A DNA stretch of 32,000 nucleotides from an uncultured Nitrososphaerales archaeon (GTDB lineage Archaea; Thermoproteota; Nitrososphaeria; Nitrososphaerales; Nitrosocaldaceae), in the NCBI GenBank assembly GCA_938030895.1, contig CALHIV010000006.1, forward strand, positions 56,722 to 88,721. The letters are read 5' to 3'. The notes beneath the pieces were generated by a model. That model was not told where the DNA came from. It searched no databases and saw only the letters and a program-made list of their open reading frames with translations. Shown piece by piece: positions 15,253-23,948 of this stretch. Position numbers and translations under genes: made by a program. Numbering within the stretch: position 1 is the stretch's first letter; each line of letters opens with the position of its first letter.

Positions 15253-18200
15253 TTACCCTCCACCCATACCATTGCCAACCTTCATGTATAGATCTACCAT
15301 ACCAGTACCTACTGGTACTGTTGAGCCAACTATCACATTCTCTGTAACGCCCTTTAATGGTTCTATCTCGCCCTTGAGCGCTGCCTCTGCTATAGTTGGA
15401 ACGGTTATCTCGAATGCTGCCCTAGCAAGTACGCTAACCTTCGTGCCAGCAACGCCATGTCTACCTATCTGCTGAAGTATACCCTTGCTTGTCATAACAT
15501 CTGCAACAAGCATTATATGCCTTATATCAACCTCCAGACCCTGCTCCTCTAGAGTGTTGGTTATCTCCTTTACCAGTGCCGTTCTTGCAGCCTCTATACC
15601 AAGTACGTTTGCTATCTCGTATATGTTGTTTGTAGTCGTTCTGCTCGTATCAACACCCTCTACCTCAAGGACCCTCTGTAAGTTTGAGCCTGCGGTCTGT
15701 ATAATCCACTCATTATCTTGCTTAACTACAGTTACACGCTCTATCTCAGGTATGCCTTTTATCTTTGTGTTGAGTATCTTACCCTTGAGTGTGCTCATCG
15801 TCCTAGCATCTGTACCTGGTGGAGGTCTTAGAGTTATCTTATTGGTATCCTCTACGATAACATTAAACTTCTTCTTGGAGGACTTTAGGGCATTGACTAT
15901 AGTATCGATATCGCACCCTCTAGCCTCCATCTTACTTGGGTTGAGGACTAGGTGGAGTAGACCATCAAGATCGACCTCAACACTCTCAACAAGGTCGTTG
16001 AGCTTTGTGAAGAGTATGTTCTTTGCTACCTGTAAGGCACTCTCCCTCGACTTTGCATAATCTGGGAGAAGGTATATATCCATGGTTGGTGTCTCTGGCT
16101 TCTTCCTTGCATCCAAGAGTTCTATGAGCCTTGGTAACCCTAATGTTACATTCCTCTCCTTTATACCGGCGAAGTGGAATGTTCTTAGAGTCATCTGAGT
16201 ACCAGGTTCGCCTATCGACTGGGCAGCGACTATGCCTATCGCTTCCCCCGGCTCTGCCCTAGCCTTGTCTACAAGTTCGACTACATGCTTGCATACTCTC
16301 TCAACACCATCCCTACTTAACCTAACCCTCATCAACTCTGCCTTGAGCATCTCTACTATGCTTGGATTAAGTATATTGGCGTACCTATCAACTATGCCAT
16401 TTATCTCATCATCGCTTGCCTTATCGCCTTCATCTACAAGTGCTTGCGCATTAACAAGCCTCTCTATGTTAACAGCATTGCCATGATCACTCTTCGCAGG
16501 ATCTATGCTATCCTCTCCATACACGAACTGTATTATGTTACCGAATGAATCCCTAACAGTATTATCATACTCTATCCTTAGATGCTCCATCGCATTTATC
16601 AGCCTTCTCTGAAGATACCCGCTCTGCTGGGTTCTAACCGCAGTATCCACCAGCCCCTCTCTACCACCCATAGCATGGAAGAAGAACTCCAATGGGTTCA
16701 GTCCATCCCTAAAGTTTGACTTTACAAAGCCCTTTGCATCTGGATTTATATCATCTGGGAGGAAGTGGGGTAATGCCCTCCTCTGGTAACCTCTCTCTAT
16801 TCTCTTGCCTCGTATAGACTGCTGACCTAGAAGAGCTGTCATCTGACCTATGTTGACTGTTGAACCTCTAGCCCCAGTACTTGCCATTATAACCCCAGCA
16901 TTGTTATCTGCCAATGATCTATCTGCTGCCCTCCCTGCTCTATCTCTTGCCCTAGAGAGTTCATTGGTTATCTGCAGTTCTAACGTCTCCTCTGGGGATA
17001 ACCCTCTTATGGGCTGGAGTACACCCTCCCTGTACTGCCTTATAAGATCATACACCTTCTCATACGTATTCTTTATTATACCATCTATCTCCTTCCTTGC
17101 CTCTTCAGGGAGCAAGAGATCATCGTAGCCGTAGCTGAAGCCATAACGGGTTATGAAGTGGGTTAGTATCCTGAAGAGTGAGTTAAGGAATGATCTTGCA
17201 AATGATGTGCCATAGTCTTTAGCAAGCCTATGGAGTATACTATCTGGCTCCTCTGCCCCTATAGATGCCTTGTCTATAACACCACTGATCAGCCTACCAT
17301 TCTTTATTATAACATCTGGCTGCTTGCTTATCTTTGCGCTCTTGAACCACTTCGATATCAAGGTGTAGTTGAAGTCCTTTGGAAGAAGTAGGGAGAACAA
17401 CTGCTTACCAGTGTACTTGCCATTACCATCATGGCCATTACTCTTACCATCACCCATGAGAAGATCAGGAGCATGCTTTATCCTCCCTATGAATGCTAGG
17501 TTCATAAACTCCGCCCTGCTTAGTACTGTATCATCCTTGGTGAGTAGATACGCTGCTGTTATAAAGTCCCTTATCCCTCCTATTATTGGACCCCCATACC
17601 TAGGGGATATAAGTTGGTCATGAACCTGCATGAGTATCTTTGCCTCTGCCCTAGCCTCTACGCTCTGAGGAACATGAAGGTTCATCTCATCGCCATCAAA
17701 GTCAGCATTGTATGGTGGGCATACAGATGGGTGTAGTCTGAAGGTTCTGTATGGGAGTACCTTTACTAGATGGGCCATTATAGAGATTCTATGCAGGGAT
17801 GGCTGTCTATTGAATATAACAATATCACCATCCATCAGATGCCTCTCAACTATGAACCCTGGGGCTAGGGACTCTGCCAATGTAGTCCTATCTGCTACGT
17901 AATCAAGCCTTATCTTAACGCCGTCTGGCCTAACTATGTAGTTTGCCCCAGGATGCTTGTTTGGACCGTTCATTACAAGCGCTCTAAGCCTATCTATATT
18001 CCAAGGGGATACAACCTCTGGTATTGTAAGCTTCTTGGCTATCTCCTCTGGTACACCAACCTCGGATATGTCAAGGTTCGGATCTGGAGAGATCACTGTT
18101 CTTCCGGCAAAGTCAACCCTCTTGCCTGATAGACTGCCTCTGAACCTTCCTTCCTTACCTTTCAACCTCTGCGATAACGTCTTCAATGGTCTGCCAGACC

Positions 18201-19086
18201 TATGGTGAGCCTGTGGTATACCAGATACCTCGTTATCGAAGTACGTTGTTACATGGTACTGGAGTAGATCAACTAGGTCTTGTACTATGAGGGGAGGTGT
18301 ACCTGCCTCCTTGCTCTCCTTCAACCTCTGATTAACTCTTATAATATCTACCAACTTGTGGGTTAGATCATCCTCAGACCTCATACCAGTCTCGAGTATG
18401 ATGGATGGTCTGACTGTGACTGGTGCTACAGGTAGTACTTGGAGGATGAACCACTCTGGTCTAGCGGTATCTGGGTTATAGCCTAAGAGTCTAAGATCAT
18501 CATTAGGTATATTGACTAGCCTCTCCCTTATCGCTATAGGTAGAAGTCTATTCTCCTCCCCATTCTCAGTCTTCTCGAAGAATGTTGTTGGCTTCACAAA
18601 TACTATATCGTACTGCTCTTTGCCACAGTGTGGGCATATCTTTACCTTCTTAGCCTTCTCTATAAGCTCGTCCTTAATCTTCTCAACTGCTAGTTGCGTA
18701 TGTATCTCCCCACTACTCAACCTTGCCTTGTACTCATCAAGTTCACCATTAGAGAGTTTGAGCCTTGAGCAACCTCTACATGTAACCTGCAGTAACTGAT
18801 AGATATCATCAACGAATGATATGTGGAGTACTGGTTCAGCCAACTCTATATGACCAAAGTGTCCAGGGCATCTTGCCGATGTATTACCACAGGTAGCACA
18901 TTTCTGCCCAGGCTCTAATATGCCTAGTCTGCTATCCATCAGTCCTCCTTGCACTGGTAAGCCATCCTCATCGTATGTCTCTGGAGCGGTTATCTCTGCA
19001 ACAGAGTACCTCCTTATCTCACTCGGTGACCATACAGCGAACTTTATCCCAGCTATAACCTTTGTAACCTCCTCTTCTATGCTCAT
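15253..19086 (-). CDS. rpoA: DNA-directed RNA polymerase subunit A, with A' and A'' fused in one ORF
   Basis: A continuous 1277-aa ORF. It carries the zinc motifs near the N-terminus, the catalytic NADFDGDEMN, the bridge-helix region (TAVRTQQSGYLQRRL), and A''-type motifs (AAQSIGEPGTQMTLRTFHFAG, LGLPRLIELLDA), with no stop between them. Confidence 0.95.
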   Translation of the reverse strand: MSIEEEVTKVIAGIKFAVWSPSEIRRYSVAEITAPETYDEDGLPVQGGLMDSRLGILEPGQKCATCGNTSARCPGHFGHIELAEPVLHISFVDDIYQLLQVTCRGCSRLKLSNGELDEYKARLSSGEIHTQLAVEKIKDELIEKAKKVKICPHCGKEQYDIVFVKPTTFFEKTENGEENRLLPIAIRERLVNIPNDDLRLLGYNPDTARPEWFILQVLPVAPVTVRPSIILETGMRSEDDLTHKLVDIIRVNQRLKESKEAGTPPLIVQDLVDLLQYHVTTYFDNEVSGIPQAHHRSGRPLKTLSQRLKGKEGRFRGSLSGKRVDFAGRTVISPDPNLDISEVGVPEEIAKKLTIPEVVSPWNIDRLRALVMNGPNKHPGANYIVRPDGVKIRLDYVADRTTLAESLAPGFIVERHLMDGDIVIFNRQPSLHRISIMAHLVKVLPYRTFRLHPSVCPPYNADFDGDEMNLHVPQSVEARAEAKILMQVHDQLISPRYGGPIIGGIRDFITAAYLLTKDDTVLSRAEFMNLAFIGRIKHAPDLLMGDGKSNGHDGNGKYTGKQLFSLLLPKDFNYTLISKWFKSAKISKQPDVIIKNGRLISGVIDKASIGAEEPDSILHRLAKDYGTSFARSFLNSLFRILTHFITRYGFSYGYDDLLLPEEARKEIDGIIKNTYEKVYDLIRQYREGVLQPIRGLSPEETLELQITNELSRARDRAGRAADRSLADNNAGVIMASTGARGSTVNIGQMTALLGQQSIRGKRIERGYQRRALPHFLPDDINPDAKGFVKSNFRDGLNPLEFFFHAMGGREGLVDTAVRTQQSGYLQRRLINAMEHLRIEYDNTVRDSFGNIIQFVYGEDSIDPAKSDHGNAVNIERLVNAQALVDEGDKASDDEINGIVDRYANILNPSIVEMLKAELMRVRLSRDGVERVCKHVVELVDKARAEPGEAIGIVAAQSIGEPGTQMTLRTFHFAGIKERNVTLGLPRLIELLDARKKPETPTMDIYLLPDYAKSRESALQVAKNILFTKLNDLVESVEVDLDGLLHLVLNPSKMEARGCDIDTIVNALKSSKKKFNVIVEDTNKITLRPPPGTDARTMSTLKGKILNTKIKGIPEIERVTVVKQDNEWIIQTAGSNLQRVLEVEGVDTSRTTTNNIYEIANVLGIEAARTALVKEITNTLEEQGLEVDIRHIMLVADVMTSKGILQQIGRHGVAGTKVSVLARAAFEITVPTIAEAALKGEIEPLKGVTENVIVGSTVPVGTGMVDLYMKVGNGMGGG

Positions 19087-19117
19087 AATACTACACCTCG
19101 CTCATAATACTACACCT
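19081..19117. repeat. Tandem duplication (period 19 bp) of gctcataatactacacct at the rpoB-stop/rpoA-start junction
   Basis: Copy 1 (19081-19098) contains the rpoA ATG. Copy 2 (19100-19117) contains a second ATG and the rpoB stop codon. Confidence 0.9.
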
Positions 19118-22100
19118 TCTCCTTCAGGATTAGCCTAGGCAGTATGTTGAGGCTCATGATCTCCTGCAGTAATAGTTTGAATGCATATGCTATAGTTACA
19201 GATGATACCCTAGCCTTCTCACCACATATCCTGCAGATGTACCTCCTCTGCTTAGCATCATAGTAACTTATTAGGCCACAACGCTCACATACATACACTT
19301 CAGCCTTATCGGACTCCTCCAGGAGCCTATCCTTCAAGAGCATAGCTGCACCATACCCTATCAAGCAATCCCTCTCCATCTCCCCAAACCTTAGACCTCC
19401 TCCCCTTGCCCTCCCTTCAGTTGGTTGCTTGGTCAGCATCTGTACCTGCCCTCTAGCCCTAGAGTGCATCTTATCTGCAACCATATGGTGCAACTTCTGA
19501 TAGTACACTACACCAATGAATACCTCGGCAGGATACCTCTTCCCTGTCCTACCATCATACATCACCTCCTTCCCTGTGTACTTGAACCCATAGGCCTCGA
19601 GTATAGTTCTTACATCATCAGCCTTCTCACCATAGAATGCTGTTCCATCGATGAACCTTCCATCTAGAGCTGCTGCCTTGCCACTTATAGACTCTATGAA
19701 CTGGCCTACTGTCATCCTAGATGGGAAGGCATGTGGGTTTATTATAACATCTGGTACTATACCCTCTTCAGTGTATGGAAGATCCTCAGGATTGGCTAGA
19801 ACGCCTATGACACCCTTCTGCCCATGCCTAGATGCGAACTTGTCACCTATCTCAGGTATACGCATATCCCTAACCCTGACCTTGTATAGTTTGCCACCTT
19901 CAGTAGACTGAGTCATTATCACTGTATCAACAACCCCAGTCTCCGATGGTCTCATACTAACGCTTGTATCTCTCCTGTATGGGCCCTTCACCTCGAACTC
20001 TTTATACTCCTCCATGAACCTTGGTGGACTAGTTCTACCTATAAGCACGTCTCCTCCAGTAACTACTGCCTCTTGCATAACTACACCATCGGCCTCCAAC
20101 AGTCTATAGAACCTCTCGCCTTTGTAGCCTCTAACATTGGCATCTGATGATGGTATCTCAAAGTTATCCTTCATGCCTCCAGGGTACTGCTTTGCCTCAG
20201 CCTCATATACCCTATAGAAGAAGGACCTTGCTAAACCACGCTCAACAGATGCCTTGTTGACTACTATAGCATCCTCTATGTTGTAGCCTTCGAAGGGTAG
20301 AACAGCGACTATGCAGTTTGTACCAGTAGGCCTCTCCTCTATGCCTAGTAATGGTATCGCTCTAGTCCTAACCAATGGTACCTGAGGATATACAAGGAAG
20401 TGCTGCCTAACATATGTGTTGAAGTTCATCATTGGTGTTGAGAAGCCTAGAGACTGCTTTGCCATAGCAGATTCATAAGTGTTCCTAGGGGACTGATTAT
20501 GCTCTGGATATGGGATCATGGATGCTGCAACCCCAAACATCGCTGCAGGGAATATCTCGAGATGCGTATGCCTCTCAGTTATCTGGGATGGCTCTAATGC
20601 TATGTAGCAGTTCTCCTCCTCATTGGCATCTATCAACTCTATTATGCCTTTATAGAGCAGGTCCTCATAGGATATAAGCCTACGACCCAACTTTGCTAGT
20701 ATATCGTCATTAACCTCATGCTTACCATTGTTCACAACTATGAGTGGCCTTAATACTCTTCCAGCATTGCAGCTAATATATACCCTCTTTGTAGCCTTCT
20801 CAACCTTAGGCTTATAGTAGTATATACCAACATGTGGGTGCAGTTGCCCACTCCTCCTCAATGCCCTCAACCTACTCACGAGCATCTCCCCATCCTTCAC
20901 AAAGCCAACCAGCCTACCATCTACAAAGACCTTGCTACCATCCCTCTTCAGTTCATCTGAAGCATCCTGATGGTAGATCACTCCATGCTCATACAGCGTC
21001 TCTACAACCTCTGCTGCTGGTACAGTCACCGATAGAACTGCAGATAGTGCAAGGTTCTTTACCAATCCACAGTTTGAACCTTCAGGAGTCTCATTGGGGC
21101 ATATCCTACCAAAGTGTGTAGGGTGCAGATCTCTAGCCTCAAAGTTTGGTTGGCTTCTACTCAATGGGGATTGTATCCTCCTAAGATGGCTTATGGTTGA
21201 GAGGTAGTTCGTTCTATCGAGGAGTTGTGTAACACCTACCCTGCCCCTTCCCCAGTTCCCTGTTGCTATAGCATTATTCAGTTTATCTGTTATTATCCCT
21301 GGTCTAACAGCTGCCATTACAGCATTTATGCCGCGCTTCTGACCCGAGCGTTCAAGTTGGTACTTCATATCCCTAACCAGGTTCCTGAACGCTGTCCTAA
21401 ATAGATCTGCAAGCATCTGGCCTGCAAACTTTATTATCTTGTTACCATAGTGGTCCTTATCATCTGGATCTATCCATCCTAGCTTGAGTTCTATAAGCTT
21501 GCATGCCGCTTCACCTATGAATAGTGCCTTATCAAGCCTGTTATCTGGAGTCCTTCCAAGATGAGGCAGTAGACCCCAGTCCAAGAGGTTCTCAGTCCTC
21601 TTCAACTGGAACTCCTCGAGCATGTTTGGTGCTATCCTCTTACTTATATACTCTATAGCCTCTTTGGTGCTTGTAACCTCTGCAGCCTTCTCGAATGAAG
21701 GCTCCAACTCATCCTGAATCTCCGGCTTCACGGATACAGCATCCGCTATCTCCTTATCCGTCTCTAGCCCCAATGCGCGCATCAACACAACCAATGGGAT
21801 ATCAACAGGAGAGCCTGAGATCCTCGCTACTATGGATCCATCCTGCTTCATTACTAACTCCAACTTGGTCCTATAACCAACTATTGAGGAGTATATCTTT
21901 GCTGTATGTACCTTGACTCCACTAACCTCCTCTATATCAACTATGATCTTGTTGTATGAGAGATCCTCCAACCCAACTATGACACGTTCTGATCCGTTTA
22001 TCACAAAGTACCCTCCAGGGTCTTTAGGATCCTCGTTAACCTCTATTAGTTTGCTCTCAGACATGTTATGCAATACGCATAGATTGGATTTTACCATCAC

Positions 22101-22475
22101 TGGTAGATCCCCTATATGTATACCTCTAGTCTCAACTATCCTCCCATCCTCCACTATACTACACTCAACTATTATAGGTGCGGCATATGTTAGGTTCCTA
22201 AGCCTTGCCTCCATGGGAGTTACATAGGTTATCGATCCATCTATCTCTGTAACCCTTGGATACTGTAACTTAATCCTACCAAGCTTAACCTTATATGGAT
22301 ACTCTGGGTTCTCTATCTCTACCTCTCCAACCTCATCTATTATGCTCTGTATCCCTCGTTCTATGAACTCGTTGTAGGAGTTAAGATGCTGTCTAGCAAC
22401 CCCCTCCCTAGTCAGTATATCGTATATTATAGGCCAGAAGCCCTGATGCTTTACCATCGTTGCTGATGTGCTCAT
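19110..22475 (-). CDS. rpoB: DNA-directed RNA polymerase subunit B (unsplit)
   Basis: 1121-aa ORF with Rpb2-type motifs (GDKFASRHGQKGV, GGLRFGEMERD) and a C-terminal zinc ribbon (CERCG...CRICG). Confidence 0.95.
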   Translation of the reverse strand: MSTSATMVKHQGFWPIIYDILTREGVARQHLNSYNEFIERGIQSIIDEVGEVEIENPEYPYKVKLGRIKLQYPRVTEIDGSITYVTPMEARLRNLTYAAPIIVECSIVEDGRIVETRGIHIGDLPVMVKSNLCVLHNMSESKLIEVNEDPKDPGGYFVINGSERVIVGLEDLSYNKIIVDIEEVSGVKVHTAKIYSSIVGYRTKLELVMKQDGSIVARISGSPVDIPLVVLMRALGLETDKEIADAVSVKPEIQDELEPSFEKAAEVTSTKEAIEYISKRIAPNMLEEFQLKRTENLLDWGLLPHLGRTPDNRLDKALFIGEAACKLIELKLGWIDPDDKDHYGNKIIKFAGQMLADLFRTAFRNLVRDMKYQLERSGQKRGINAVMAAVRPGIITDKLNNAIATGNWGRGRVGVTQLLDRTNYLSTISHLRRIQSPLSRSQPNFEARDLHPTHFGRICPNETPEGSNCGLVKNLALSAVLSVTVPAAEVVETLYEHGVIYHQDASDELKRDGSKVFVDGRLVGFVKDGEMLVSRLRALRRSGQLHPHVGIYYYKPKVEKATKRVYISCNAGRVLRPLIVVNNGKHEVNDDILAKLGRRLISYEDLLYKGIIELIDANEEENCYIALEPSQITERHTHLEIFPAAMFGVAASMIPYPEHNQSPRNTYESAMAKQSLGFSTPMMNFNTYVRQHFLVYPQVPLVRTRAIPLLGIEERPTGTNCIVAVLPFEGYNIEDAIVVNKASVERGLARSFFYRVYEAEAKQYPGGMKDNFEIPSSDANVRGYKGERFYRLLEADGVVMQEAVVTGGDVLIGRTSPPRFMEEYKEFEVKGPYRRDTSVSMRPSETGVVDTVIMTQSTEGGKLYKVRVRDMRIPEIGDKFASRHGQKGVIGVLANPEDLPYTEEGIVPDVIINPHAFPSRMTVGQFIESISGKAAALDGRFIDGTAFYGEKADDVRTILEAYGFKYTGKEVMYDGRTGKRYPAEVFIGVVYYQKLHHMVADKMHSRARGQVQMLTKQPTEGRARGGGLRFGEMERDCLIGYGAAMLLKDRLLEESDKAEVYVCERCGLISYYDAKQRRYICRICGEKARVSSVTIAYAFKLLLQEIMSLNILPRLILKEKV

Positions 22476-22479
22476 CGCT

Positions 22480-22719
22480 TCACCCCTCTACTACATACCT
22501 GTAGTATATACTTACCCCTGCTGTTGGACTCTTCCTTATTATCTTAACTATATCCCCAGGCTTTGCATTTAGGTTCCTTATCGCTGGATCACTAGCAAGT
22601 ATGAATGGGAGTTGGTTAGGCCTCACGTGGTACCTCTTGAGCACCTCTTCAGCCTCTTCTCTGCTGAGGAGTATATGTTCAGGCACATATTCATGCCTTA
22701 TTACTCTTCTATCACTCAT
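22480..22719 (-). CDS. rpoH: DNA-directed RNA polymerase subunit H (Rpb5 homolog)
   Basis: 79-aa ORF containing [24 protein letters not shown]...[32 protein letters not shown]. It sits directly upstream of rpoB. Confidence 0.9.
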   Translation of the reverse strand: MSDRRVIRHEYVPEHILLSREEAEEVLKRYHVRPNQLPFILASDPAIRNLNAKPGDIVKIIRKSPTAGVSIYYRYVVEG

Positions 22720-22954
22720 CTACTCTATCACCTACCTACAGAATCTACCCTCGCTAAGACTATTCTACTACCCAAATTTACACCTTTCCCCTGTATTATA
22801 TCTCCACCAGAATAAAGTTTAATAATAAATAAGTAAGGTTAGTGAAAAGGCAATATAAAATAAGGGGTATAGAAGGATTAATAAAATAAATAAATGAATT
22901 TAGGCGAACCTTTTGTACATAAAAGATATATACTATCAGGTATATAGGGTCTCA

Positions 22955-23794
22955 ATGGGTAAATACGGGCATACAGTAGTAGGAGCGTTTGTAGTATCAA
23001 TGATGCTTCTAGCAGTGCCATTTGCAGTTTATGCACAACAACCGATAACCATAACGCTAGATAAACAATCATACAGCACGGGGGATACCCTGAAGGTTAC
23101 AGGCAAGGTATCTAGGGTCATAACAGGGTTGGATGTTATAGTCCAGGTTATGAATGAGAAGAATGTTCAGGCAGCGCTTACACAGGTTACACCAGCAAGT
23201 GATGGTAGTTTCAGTGCAGAGTTCAGACTTGGGGGACCATTGATGAGTAACTCTGGAACATACAAGGTTGTTGTAACATACGGTGATGCTCAGAGTAGTG
23301 CAGAGTTTGCATTCACTGCACAGGCACAACCAACTACGAGAGAGTTTAGTGTGAGGATAAGTGGGATACAGGAGAACATAACGCTCAGAGGTACGATAAC
23401 AGTTGGGGATGTAAAATCAGCTACTCTGGATCAGGACTTCAACAGCATAGTACTAGGGCTCTCTGGCATTAATACTAACAGCAAGATGACGATAACCATA
23501 CCATCCACTGTTATAAAGGAAGAGTTCAGGGATCAGTTCAGGAATATTGAGTTCATAGCATTCAGTGAGGAGAATGACACAGAACTAGAAGCAAAGGTAA
23601 CCAATCATACAGCTAATGAGGCTACCCTCGAGATAGATATACCTGCTGGTATTGAGACCCTAGAGATAGTCATTGTTCCAGAGAATATTGCTGTTGTACC
23701 AGAGTTTGGTGTGATAGCAGCACTAATACTTGCTGTTAGCATAGGTGCCTTTATAGCAGTAAGTAGAAGACAGATGATAAGGGTTCCTCTCTAA
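22955..23794 (+). CDS. Secreted/surface protein with signal peptide and a PEFG-type C-terminal sorting signal
   Basis: MGKYGHTVVGAFVVSMMLLAVPFAVYAQQP is a signal peptide. The C-terminus is VVPEFGVIAALILAVSIGAFIAVSRRQ, i.e. PEFG, then a TM helix, then basic residues. I prefer the ATG at 22955 over the TTG at 22913. Confidence 0.65.
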   Translation: MGKYGHTVVGAFVVSMMLLAVPFAVYAQQPITITLDKQSYSTGDTLKVTGKVSRVITGLDVIVQVMNEKNVQAALTQVTPASDGSFSAEFRLGGPLMSNSGTYKVVVTYGDAQSSAEFAFTAQAQPTTREFSVRISGIQENITLRGTITVGDVKSATLDQDFNSIVLGLSGINTNSKMTITIPSTVIKEEFRDQFRNIEFIAFSEENDTELEAKVTNHTANEATLEIDIPAGIETLEIVIVPENIAVVPEFGVIAALILAVSIGAFIAVSRRQMIRVPL

Positions 23795-23803
23795 ATACTC
23801 TCC

Positions 23804-23908
23804 ATTTTTATTTTATTTAATTTTATTTAATTCAATTTAATTCAATTCCGTTTAATTTAATTTCGTTTAATTTTACTTAATCTAATTTCAACTAATCTAA
23901 TTTATTTG
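23804..23908. repeat. Degenerate ~10-bp-period AT-rich tandem repeat (ttttatttaa / ttcaatttaa / tttaatttaa ...), about 10 units
   Basis: Read directly. Successive 10-nt blocks from 23811 onward are variants of TTyAATTTAA. It lies between two convergent genes. Confidence 0.8.
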
Positions 23909-23948
23909 ATAGCCTCAATAAATGAGGATATAATCGGTTATATGGTTG

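Noticed and set aside
15485-22227. Numerous 60-190-aa plus-strand ORFs inside rpoA and rpoB (e.g. 15485-16060, 21913-22227)
   Set aside because: They are antisense shadows of two very strong minus-strand CDSs. They are Ser/Leu/Pro-rich with no motifs. Long stop-free antisense frames like these are common opposite strong CDSs.
23804-23908. Possible CRISPR array, considered for the AT-rich repeats and also for the 5781-5874 repeats
   Set aside because: The units are only about 10 bp and contiguous, or there are only two copies. There are no unique spacers of CRISPR size, no repeat of 24-40 bp, and no cas genes in the window.
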